Shown here: in pieces, positions 48,065 to 56,651 of the stretch | Numbering within the stretch: the first letter of the stretch is position 1 | Layout: each line of letters starts with the position of its first letter | Source: a virus | Taxonomy: Duplodnaviria > Caudoviricetes | Virus record (IMG/VR): IMGVR_UViG_3300007770_000001 | Direction: 5' to 3' (one strand) | Length of the DNA stretch: 64,000 nucleotides | Notes under the pieces: generated by a model | Told to the model about the DNA's origin: nothing | The model's database searches: none | What the model saw: the letters and a program-made list of their open reading frames with translations, nothing else | Translations under genes and position numbers: made by a program

Positions 48065-48281
48065 CTTCAGCTTCCTTCCTGAGCACGGGGAAGGTGGACA
48101 TATCGACTTGACTCTCCTGTCCCCCCTCGAGTACCTGCGGAACCGGGATGAGGAGGACCCCCAACCCCGGATGGCCCTGCTGACGGTACGGGGACGGGAC
48201 AATGAGCTGACAGCAGTGGAGCTGGAAAAGCTCGGGCGGGCATGTTTCCGTTACGCCCGGCTTATCCGTGATGGGAGGTAG
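48054..48281 (+). CDS. Small hypothetical protein
   Basis: ATG 48054 with GGAG RBS. Confidence 0.55.
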   Translation: MARNFSFLPEHGEGGHIDLTLLSPLEYLRNRDEEDPQPRMALLTVRGRDNELTAVELEKLGRACFRYARLIRDGR

Positions 48282-48333
48282 TTTCAGGGCTGGGGGAAAA
48301 CCCCGACCTCTGGAGTGAAAACTCCCAAACTAC
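48278..48333 (+). other. Candidate structured RNA or regulatory element (three-way junction)
   Basis: GTAGTTT/AAACTAC outer stem enclosing GGGG-GAAAA-CCCC and GGAGT-GAAA-ACTCC hairpins. Confidence 0.35.
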
Positions 48334-48393
48334 TTTCGATCTGGAGTTTCCTTTCTGCTCTGTGGCGTTTACAATAGAAGTGCGGAGGTCCCT

Positions 48394-48573
48394 ATGTTGG
48401 TTTCTTCGTGCACGCCAACCTGGACAGAAAGACGGAACCTGAACCTGCTCTCGGAGCGGGAGAGCACCATCTACATCATGGGCCGCATTGCCCGTGGCGA
48501 GGATGTCCCCGCTTCGGTATGGGAGTTCCTGGTCCGGAAGAACCTGATCCAAGGTCCGGTGGCCAACGCCTGA
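48394..48573 (+). CDS. Small hypothetical protein (59 aa) upstream of the release factor
   Basis: GGAGG RBS; MLVSSCTPTW...LIQGPVANA; not in the ORF track. Confidence 0.55.
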   Translation: MLVSSCTPTWTERRNLNLLSERESTIYIMGRIARGEDVPASVWEFLVRKNLIQGPVANA

Positions 48574-48618
48574 CAATCCTGTGTCCTGTGCTGAATCCCC
48601 GTTCAGTTGGAGCATTCT

Positions 48619-49303
48619 ATGTCTCTCATCGTTGAGATCAGGGCTGCGGAAGGAGGAGAGGACGCCAAGCTCCTTGTCCTTCAGCAGTTGTCCGTGTACT
48701 CCAAGTTTGAGGCTCGGGGGTCCCTTTGACTTCACGTTGGAAGTTGTAGCTGAACGACCAGGCTACATTGCACTGAGGGTCACGGGGAAGGACGCACGGA
48801 GAGCCTTCCGCAACGAGGCTGGAGGCCACCGCTGGCAACGGGTTCCCCCGACGGAGAAGCGAGGGAGAGTCCACACGTCCACGATCACCGTGGCGGTGCT
48901 TCGAGAACCCACTCCATCCCAGGTTCGGCTGGATCCCAAGGACCTGGATATCACGACCTGCCGTGGTTCCGGCAAGGGTGGGCAACACAAGAACGTGACG
49001 GACAGCGCTGTCCAGGTCAAACACAAGCCCTCTGGCATCATCGTACGGGCAGAGGCCGAGAGGTCTCAGAACCAGAATAAGGAGCTCGCCCTGGGCGTCC
49101 TTCGGGCCAAGCTCCAGGAAGTCCGTACAGAGGGCGAGAACACCCGTAGAAACGCTCGTAGAAGATCCCAGGTAGGCTGCGGGGCCCGCGGTGACAAGCG
49201 CCGTACAGTACGCCTACAGGCCGGCCAGGTCGTGGACCACATCACCGGGAGGAGGACCTCAGCGAAGTCCTATCTCAGGGGACAGCTGGAGAAGCTGTGG
49301 TAG
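48619..49303 (+). CDS. Class I peptide chain release factor, RF1-like, lacking domain 1, needing a +1 programmed frameshift (about 227 aa)
   Basis: ATG 48619 with GGAG: MSLIVEIRAAEGGEDAK...ARGSL, stop TGA 48727. The +1 frame continues DFTLEVV...EAGGHRWQRVPPTEKRGRVHTS...GSGKGGQHKNVTDSAV...ERSQ-x-QN. Confidence 0.92.
48715..48730 (+). promoter_or_regulatory. RF2-type +1 ribosomal frameshift cassette
   Basis: CGG GGG TCC CTT TGA C versus the canonical prfB AGG GGG TAT CTT TGA C. Confidence 0.9.
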
Positions 49304-49871
49304 GGGGGACAGCGCAGGTCAAGCACGTCTCCACACAGCCAGACTCTCCCTTGAAGAGCTTGGCATCGCAGGACTCAGCCCAGCAGCAGTTCTCCGAGGT
49401 TGGGTCCTGTCCACACGCAGCTTCCCATCCGAGACAGGAGGCCCAGGAGAGGTCAGGACACTGAGCCTCACAGTAAGCCTCGTTGTTCGTCTCCCGCGCG
49501 AGGGGAGGGAGTCCCACATAGCTCTCAGGCAGGAACGTGATGTTCGAGAAGTCCGGACGAGCAGTTCCCGGACTCTCCGCTCCGCCAGGTCCGTCGTTCG
49601 GAGGTCCGGGAGGGGTGCCTGAGCACACGCAGTTGGACTTGCAGTCGGTCTCGCAGTCCCCGTCGCAGAGGACCATGAAGCAGCACGCCGTATGATCTCC
49701 GGCGAGACACGCCACGTGGTAGCCTGCGCAGTCCCAGAACCCCAGGGAATCACACTCAGCTTTGCATCGAGAGTCGAGATTCGAGCAGTCCGGATTCCCA
49801 ACGGAAGGGGTGGCGGGGGCCGGGGGCGCTGAGGCCGTCGTGTAGCACGCCAGGACAAGAGCAAGGATCAT
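49275..49871 (-). CDS. Putative lipoprotein with two Cys-rich repeats
   Basis: MILALVLAC lipobox-like start; two repeats sharing C-x3-C-x7-C-x6-C-x7/8-CC-x4-CD spacing. Confidence 0.7.
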   Translation of the reverse strand: MILALVLACYTTASAPPAPATPSVGNPDCSNLDSRCKAECDSLGFWDCAGYHVACLAGDHTACCFMVLCDGDCETDCKSNCVCSGTPPGPPNDGPGGAESPGTARPDFSNITFLPESYVGLPPLARETNNEAYCEAQCPDLSWASCLGWEAACGQDPTSENCCWAESCDAKLFKGESGCVETCLTCAVPPTTASPAVP

Positions 49872-49902
49872 GAGATACCCCGGAGGTCCAAGATCCACCA
49901 AC

Positions 49903-50364
49903 CTACCCGAGCGGGGCGTTGGCCGCCCAGAGCTTCTCGAACTCTTCCTTGAAGGCCCGGACCACATAGCTGATGCGGATGATGACGAAGTTTTCCGCAT
50001 TCCGCTCGGTGGCGCTCTTGGTGAAGTTGTAGGAACCTGTGAGTACAGCCTTGGGCGCGTTCCGACCGTCTCCGATCAGGAACTTGTTGTGCATGATCCC
50101 CTTCTGGTGATCCCTTCGCACGTCCACACCAGCTGCCTCGAGCTTCTCGTCGTCCGCGTATTTGTTCCCTGCCTGGGTCTTGTCCATAAGCACGCGGACG
50201 ACGACTCCCCGCTGGTGTGCTCGGATGATCGCGTCCGCGATAGGGTCATGGGTCAGCGAGTAGATGGCCACGTCGCAGAAGGTATCACATCCGTCTATGA
50301 ATCCGACCACAACCTCGTCGGCGCCGCGATCTGGGCTGAAGTAAGTGCTGGCGTATCGTCCCAT
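49903..50364 (-). CDS. Phospholipase D family nuclease (Nuc-like, single HKD)
   Basis: VAIYSLT, RGV-x-VRV-x-x-D, MHNKF...TGSYNFT-x-x-A-x-x-x-N-x-EN. Confidence 0.9.
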   Translation of the reverse strand: MGRYASTYFSPDRGADEVVVGFIDGCDTFCDVAIYSLTHDPIADAIIRAHQRGVVVRVLMDKTQAGNKYADDEKLEAAGVDVRRDHQKGIMHNKFLIGDGRNAPKAVLTGSYNFTKSATERNAENFVIIRISYVVRAFKEEFEKLWAANAPLG

Positions 50365-50411
50365 GCGCCCCTCTCTGTATAGCCGAGGTAACTGTGGCAT
50401 AGGAGAAAAAC

Positions 50412-50851
50412 ATGAGGATCCTTTTGGTTCGCCACGGTGAGTCCCTGGCCAACGTCGATCGTTCCGTCTACCTATCCACAGCGGACCATGCCGTGCCCCT
50501 GTCGGACCGCAGGTCACGGACGAGCATATCCAGGACCTCACCGACGGGGTCCGGAAGAAGTTCCGGGATCTTCTGTGCGAGAGGGAGCTCACGGAGTGGC
50601 TCAAGATCTACGAGAAAGATCTCACCCCGGATGAGCGTCTGGTGCAAGGGCACCACTACGTCTACGAGGCCCGGCTCGTAGACGACCAGGCTGTCCTTTG
50701 GGAGGTTGGCTTCGGAAGAGGGCATGTCACTCGGAGGGATTTCATTCGAAAATTCGACTTCGATCCTCTCGAAGTCCTCAAGGAGCGACTCCAGGCCAAG
50801 ACGGACGCCGCGGATGCTCAAGACCTCTTCAAAGAGGTCGGACACCTCTGA
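50412..50851 (+). pseudogene. Histidine phosphatase (phosphoglycerate mutase) 5' fragment joined out of frame to a start-less ORF
   Basis: MRILLVRHGES-x-ANV...D-x-x-VPLS stops resembling the family after about 33 aa. A different frame (open 50441..50851, no start before 50642) encodes a protein-like sequence. Confidence 0.6.
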
Positions 50852-50866
50852 CCATAGGATACCTCC

Positions 50867-51190
50867 ATGGCTGAAAGACTCACCCTCAAGACCTACTACG
50901 CCCTCGTCGACCGACTTGCAATCGAGGCAGAGGCACGGAAGGAGGCATGGCCTCGAGAACGCGGCTACAAGGGTGGCTTGGAGTTCTCCCACGAGGTCGT
51001 CCAGGAGGAGGAGTCTCCCCATACCCAGGACCCCATTCTTGGTCTGGTTCTCCTCTCGTTCGCCTCCCGACCCGGTATTGCTTGGGAGGACTGCCCGATG
51101 CACAATCCGACCCGGGACTTCGCTCGGAACACCAGAATCCTGGCTCGTGAGGCCCTCATCTGGGATGTGTATCAACGCATGACGATTTGA
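50867..51190 (+). CDS. Hypothetical protein
   Basis: 107 aa with AGGA RBS. Confidence 0.65.
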   Translation: MAERLTLKTYYALVDRLAIEAEARKEAWPRERGYKGGLEFSHEVVQEEESPHTQDPILGLVLLSFASRPGIAWEDCPMHNPTRDFARNTRILAREALIWDVYQRMTI

Positions 51191-51219
51191 GGTTTCCTCA
51201 CTCCTCCCAGCGACGTAAC
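51189..51219 (+). promoter_or_regulatory. Phage promoter motif (original ligase promoter)
   Basis: GAGGTTT-N16-GACGTAAC, then AAGGAG and ATG 51244. Confidence 0.8.
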
Positions 51220-51243
51220 GGTAGGGAAGGAAGGAGAAACCTC

Positions 51244-51339
51244 ATGGCCCAGATCGCCGACCAGATCGCCACTCGCCTCCTCGCGGCCTCCCGCGCCTAC
51301 TACGGTGGCCGCGAGCCCTGTGGGCTTTCAGGATTCTGA
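51244..51339 (+). pseudogene. Orphaned original 5' end of the DNA ligase
   Basis: MAQIADQIATRLLAASRAYYGG aligns without gaps to [22 protein letters not shown] (11/22 identical). Confidence 0.85.
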
Positions 51340-52272
51340 AGCGTTTTGCGCTTTCCTTCTTGCCCAACGTCTTTTTTGGGATTCGCTCATTTTCCTGCGG
51401 GTCTCGGCGGATGTTACTTTCCCCGTATGGGTTTTCCGGACAGCTTCAGAGACCTTATTCCTGAAGTCTGGATCTTCCCATTGAGATACCATCTTTGCTC
51501 TCGCCGCTTCTCTCCGGGTTCCGTCGTCCTGGGACCACGCTTCCAGAGAGCGTTGTCGAACCCTTTCACGAATCGTATTGCCACCTTTCTCCCACCGTTC
51601 CCGTTGGGCGGTTGACATCTTCTGCCGAGACTCCTCGGAGTGAGTCCGCCCTTCCCAGTATTTGTTGCCTTGGTGTGCCTCGCTGATCTTTCTACGGGTC
51701 TCGGCAGACACGGTTTTCCCTCGGTGGGCTGCTCCAATCTTCTTTTTGGTTTCCGCTGTGTGCTTTTTACCTGTGGCTGCATCTGTTATCCTTCGGAGGG
51801 CGTCTGGGCTATGCACATGACCCCTCATCCGTTCTCTAATCTGCTCCACATGAGATTCTGACAGCTTCCTGCCCGACATCGCTCTGCTAATCTTGGCTCG
51901 GGTCTCCGGAGTGTGGGGAATCCCTATTCGGATTCGGCCCTTGGGGCATATATTGTATCCGGTGGTATGGGGTCTGAGGCGGTCTAACCATTTCTGTTCC
52001 GACTGCTCTACTCCTTCCGGAGAAACCTTTTCGAGGACACTCACTGAGAATGTCTCCTCCCCGTATTTTTCCCAGGCTCGTTGGAGCTTTTGGGAGTGAT
52101 GGGACCCTCTCCTGAGACTCCGGAAATGTCCCATTAGACGAGTCCTGATATTGACAGATCCTCCGACATACACTTTTCCGTTCAGGGTGTTGCTGATCTG
52201 GTAGACTCCCGAGCATTTCCGAGGGTCTCCCCCTACATCCCGTATCGCAGCTTCAATTGTGGGCACGTCCAT
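51328..52272 (-). CDS. GIY-YIG homing endonuclease with NUMOD3-type repeats
   Basis: GVYQI-x-N-x-x-NGKVYVGGS...R-x-x-x-H...F-x-x-x-VLE...EQ...YN; repeated H-T/S-x-ET-R/K-x-KIS-x-A motifs. Confidence 0.93.
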   Translation of the reverse strand: MDVPTIEAAIRDVGGDPRKCSGVYQISNTLNGKVYVGGSVNIRTRLMGHFRSLRRGSHHSQKLQRAWEKYGEETFSVSVLEKVSPEGVEQSEQKWLDRLRPHTTGYNICPKGRIRIGIPHTPETRAKISRAMSGRKLSESHVEQIRERMRGHVHSPDALRRITDAATGKKHTAETKKKIGAAHRGKTVSAETRRKISEAHQGNKYWEGRTHSEESRQKMSTAQRERWEKGGNTIRERVRQRSLEAWSQDDGTRREAARAKMVSQWEDPDFRNKVSEAVRKTHTGKVTSAETRRKMSESQKRRWARRKAQNASES

Positions 52273-52308
52273 ATGATGCCTCTTGAGATAGGCTGTCTAT
52301 TATTGTAG

Positions 52309-53455
<1,147 letters not shown>

Positions 53456-53457
<2 letters not shown>

Positions 53458-53485
53458 GTTTCTACACCCAGGTCCTGGACGTAAC
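53456..53485 (+). promoter_or_regulatory. Phage promoter motif between the ligase halves
   Basis: GAGTTT-N16-GACGTAAC, then GAGGAAGGAG and ATG 53510. Confidence 0.75.
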
Positions 53486-53509
53486 AGTCTTGAGGAAGGA
53501 GTGACCAAC

Positions 53510-54304
53510 ATGTTCCAGGTGCCCACCAACTGCCCCTCCTGTGGTTTCGAGCTCGAGATGGACGGAGGATACCTGAAGTGCTGCGGGCCCACGTGCCCGG
53601 CGCAGGTAGTCGGTTCCCTCAACCGGTGGGTGGGGAAGCTCCGCATCCTCAACATCGGGAACGCTCTGATCCAGGCCCTGGTCGATGCCGGGCGTGTGTC
53701 GGATATCTCTGGCCTGTACAGGCTGGAAGAGTCCTGGCTGCGCGAGTTCGAGATCGATGGCCGCAAGGTGGGCGGAAACGCCCGGCGCGTGGTGGCCTCC
53801 CTGAACGCAGCGCGGGATATCCCCGTCGACATGTTCGTGGGGAGCCTCGGGATTCCTCTCTGCGGCCGCAAGATGGTCAGCATCCTGGTCGACGCCGGCT
53901 ACGACGACCTCAGCAAGCTCGCCAAGGTCACGACTGCTCAGATGGAAGCGGTCCCCGGGTTCGGCGCCGAGCGCGCTCGTAGCTTCCGTGCCGGCTTCGA
54001 TGCATGCCGCTCTCTGATGCTCCAGATCATGGCCTCCGGAGTCGACGTGATCGCTCCGGTCCGCGCGGTGGCTACCGGAGATGCGATGGCCGGCCAGGCC
54101 GTGTGCTTCACGGGTGTCCGTGACAAGGAGGCTTCCGCGGCCATCGTGGATCAGGGCGGCAAGATCGCCAGCGGCGTGTCCAAGAACACCACCCTGTTGG
54201 TCGCGAAGAACCCCGCCTCCACCAGCGGCAAGGCCAAGAAGGCTCGCGCCCTGGGTATCGAGATCATCAGCCAGGCCGAGATGCGGTCCCGGCTCGGCCT
54301 CTGA
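53510..54304 (+). CDS. ligA: NAD-dependent DNA ligase, C-terminal part (Zn finger, HhH, BRCT)
   Basis: P-x-x-CPSCG...C-x-x-x-x-CPAQ, I-x-x-IG-x-x-x-x-x-x-LV, SLGIP-x-x-G, VPGFG, and BRCT VCFTG...GG-x-x-x-SGVSK-x-T-x-x-LV...K-x-x-KA-x-x-LGI-x-II. Confidence 0.93.
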   Translation: MFQVPTNCPSCGFELEMDGGYLKCCGPTCPAQVVGSLNRWVGKLRILNIGNALIQALVDAGRVSDISGLYRLEESWLREFEIDGRKVGGNARRVVASLNAARDIPVDMFVGSLGIPLCGRKMVSILVDAGYDDLSKLAKVTTAQMEAVPGFGAERARSFRAGFDACRSLMLQIMASGVDVIAPVRAVATGDAMAGQAVCFTGVRDKEASAAIVDQGGKIASGVSKNTTLLVAKNPASTSGKAKKARALGIEIISQAEMRSRLGL

Positions 54305-54311
54305 GGACGCC

Positions 54312-54464
54312 ATGAACGGTCCTGCTGGATTCTGGATCACCTACGTCATTGCCCCGCTCGTGGGACTCGCAGCCGGCATCCGCAGACACCGGAACCCGCT
54401 GAAGGTCCTCTACGCGGTGGTCGTCATCGGCCTCTGCTACCACACCTATGGCTGTCAGTTCTGA
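54312..54464 (+). CDS. Small two-TM membrane protein
   Basis: 50 aa with two hydrophobic segments separated by RRHR; GAGG RBS. Confidence 0.55.
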   Translation: MNGPAGFWITYVIAPLVGLAAGIRRHRNPLKVLYAVVVIGLCYHTYGCQF

Positions 54465-54474
54465 GGAGGAGCCC

Positions 54475-54764
54475 ATGGATTCCCGCTACGCCGCGATAGG
54501 TTTCGTCTGGGATTCGAGGAGTACTTCTACCGCAGGGATGGGAAGAAGGCCAAGGTCACCCTCCCTGCAGGAACCGTCCTGAAGGTGGACCGCATCTACA
54601 TCAGGGGAAAGGGCGGCCAGACTCGCGACTTCGACTCGGTCTCGTTCTTCTGCAACACCCATATCACCCCAGCCCGATCGAAGAAGCGAGGTCTGAAGCG
54701 AGGTCGGTTCTGGGTGAAGCTCGAGGACGCCAACAACATCAACTTCCGACCACTGGAGCTATGA
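54475..54764 (+). pseudogene. Hypothetical gene with a -1 frame break near the 5' end
   Basis: ATG 54475 with GAGGAGGAG RBS reads MDSRYAAIGFVWDS. The protein-like frame (VTLPAGTVLKVDRIYIRG...DFDSV-x-F...RFWVKL-x-D-x-N) is -1 and has no start. Confidence 0.55.
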
Positions 54765-55591
54765 TGTCCTTCTCAGGATTCGACTTCGGCAAAGCCCTGC
54801 GCCACCTCCGCTCTACGGGAGCTATCCGGATCACCTGGGATGGGGTTCGTCTGACTGTCCTCCCCAGCTACGCGCAGAACAGCATCCATCCGGAGATCCC
54901 ACATCGAGCCCTTCGAAATGGAGCTCAAGGGAGTCCCGATGCTCGCTCCGCCCCCCTTGATGTCTGGGTAGGCTTCTACCAGGCAGGACCTGACGTAATA
55001 CTCCTGCAGAAGGAGTATGCTACGATGTCCGTCCGGAACTACCTCGAGATGTTCTCCCAGGTCGTGGGTCGTCATCCCGACTTCTACAGTATGTACGAGT
55101 TGGTCGCGGAGCACGGGATCCTGTTCGGTCCGGGGAAGCATGAGGTCCCGGAGATAGAGATTGACCTCCTCTTGGCCGCGGAGGTCATGTGGCCCGGCTT
55201 CCGAGTCCAGGAGTGCTTCTTCAACGCACAGCGTCTTTCCGCCCATTCTCTCGGGGGCCTGCGATACTTCGAGGGCTTCGCGATGAGGATCATCCCGGTC
55301 CACCACGCATGGTTGGTGACCCCCTCGGGGCTCGTCCTGGACCCTACCTGGAGGCTTCGTGATGGTGAGTCGCCCCCCTGCCGCCCTGAGGGGCTCCCGG
55401 AACGCTGGCAGGACCGTGTAGTCCTGGGAAGCGTCCCTGAGGACATCGAATACGTGGGGGTCGAGTTCCCGTACCCCAAGCACGACTTCATCAAGCGGAT
55501 GGCCGACTACGAGGTGGCCTGGTCCATGCTCGATTGTCCACGGGACCGGGAGATTCTTCGCCGCGATCGCTGGATTGGGACTTCCTCCTGA
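54761..55591 (+). CDS. Hypothetical protein; C-terminal part resembles a transglutaminase-like Cys-His fold; probable internal start at 55025
   Basis: ECFFNA...Y-x-EG-x-A...HAW...DPTW motif; promoter and AAGGAG lie just before ATG 55025. Confidence 0.6.
   Translation: MMSFSGFDFGKALRHLRSTGAIRITWDGVRLTVLPSYAQNSIHPEIPHRALRNGAQGSPDARSAPLDVWVGFYQAGPDVILLQKEYATMSVRNYLEMFSQVVGRHPDFYSMYELVAEHGILFGPGKHEVPEIEIDLLLAAEVMWPGFRVQECFFNAQRLSAHSLGGLRYFEGFAMRIIPVHHAWLVTPSGLVLDPTWRLRDGESPPCRPEGLPERWQDRVVLGSVPEDIEYVGVEFPYPKHDFIKRMADYEVAWSMLDCPRDREILRRDRWIGTSS
54970..54999 (+). promoter_or_regulatory. Phage promoter motif (variant, inside ORF)
   Basis: AGGCTT-N16-GACGTAAT. Confidence 0.6.
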
Positions 55592-55607
55592 ATCCCGACG
55601 ACGTAAC
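55577..55607 (+). promoter_or_regulatory. Phage promoter motif (variant -35)
   Basis: GGGACTT-N16-GACGTAAC upstream of ATG 55636. Confidence 0.65.
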
Positions 55608-55635
55608 ACTATCGAATCCGCTACCGGATACGAAA

Positions 55636-55902
55636 ATGGCCCGCCGTCGCATCTCCCGCCGCCCCCAGCCCACCTTCCGCATCGGCAACCGCGTGACCGT
55701 GGATGGCGACTACAACGGCGACTACACGGGAACCGTGATCGAGATCGGCCGCTACACCAAGGCGGCCAGCCTCCACGAGCCCAACCCCCAGACCAAGCCC
55801 GGGGCTGTCGTCCTGGTTGACACCTGGGAGGGTCGCTACTACGTTGGCGATGAGCGGTTCGAGGTCGTCGCGTGGGACTGCGAGGCCCACCGCGCTTCAT
55901 AG
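55636..55902 (+). CDS. Small SH3/KOW-like protein
   Basis: FRIGNRVTV...TGTVIEI pattern. Confidence 0.6.
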   Translation: MARRRISRRPQPTFRIGNRVTVDGDYNGDYTGTVIEIGRYTKAASLHEPNPQTKPGAVVLVDTWEGRYYVGDERFEVVAWDCEAHRAS

Positions 55903-55928
55903 ATTCCACCCCCGATCAGGAGAACCCA

Positions 55929-56576
55929 ATGATCGACCCCAACATGCTCCAGAGACTCCTCATCGCTGATGCCATGGGCCCGACAGGTCCCGCGCAGGCC
56001 ATAGATGAGATCACCAACACGATCCAGAAGTGTGCCTCCGGCGTCATCCCCGATCGGGGCGACGTCCGCAAGGCCCTCGACGCCTGGGGGATCTCGTACA
56101 AGGAGGGGGCATCCATCTCGCAGCTCATGTCCCAGACCCCCGCGCTGAACGTGACGCTGCCCGAGGGCTGGGAGATCAAGCGGGAGGGAGGACACCACAA
56201 CCTCGTCGACAACCGGGACCGCAATCGTATCTGGTGGTACATCCACGGCTGGGATCCCATCGACGTCCGCATCAACCGTCGCTTCGGCGTCCGCCGTCAG
56301 GACCCCGTGATCGCCACCGAGGGCATCACTCTGGTCCGGGACGGCGACCAGGTCATCAAGTCCGTGACCATCCACTACCCACGCCCCTTGGAGAGCAAGC
56401 CGCGATCCCGTGGAGGCTTCTTCTACTTCATCGGCAACCTCCGCGACAACGGCTGGAAGGAGGCCGACCGCACCGCCGCCTACAAGGCCCAGAGTGACGC
56501 TGAGGCAGAGGCTCGTGCCTGGCTCGACGACAACTTCCCCGGCTGGCGGGATCCCATCCTGGCTTGGAGTCTGTAG
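55929..56576 (+). CDS. Hypothetical protein
   Basis: ATG 55929 with AGGAG RBS; strong GC3 codon bias. Confidence 0.75.
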   Translation: MIDPNMLQRLLIADAMGPTGPAQAIDEITNTIQKCASGVIPDRGDVRKALDAWGISYKEGASISQLMSQTPALNVTLPEGWEIKREGGHHNLVDNRDRNRIWWYIHGWDPIDVRINRRFGVRRQDPVIATEGITLVRDGDQVIKSVTIHYPRPLESKPRSRGGFFYFIGNLRDNGWKEADRTAAYKAQSDAEAEARAWLDDNFPGWRDPILAWSL

Positions 56577-56651
56577 ACCCTGGCTCTTCTGAATAACGAG
56601 GTTCGCCGTAGATATAGGGAACGTTTTCCCCAGATCCCCGTTATTTAGTAT

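Noticed and set aside
48581-48726. ORF-track N-terminus MSCAESPF...GGPF for the release factor
   Set aside because: It is not RF-like. The real N-terminus (IVEIRAAEGG) lies in the -1 frame from ATG 48619, which has an RBS.
51328-52272. Group I intron or intein explanation for the two endonuclease insertions
   Set aside because: Both endonucleases are antisense and fill almost the whole insert, no intron core is evident, and the host N-terminus is duplicated rather than continued.
54312-54464. Holin call for the small two-TM protein
   Set aside because: There is no adjacent endolysin and no diagnostic feature; kept as a generic membrane protein.
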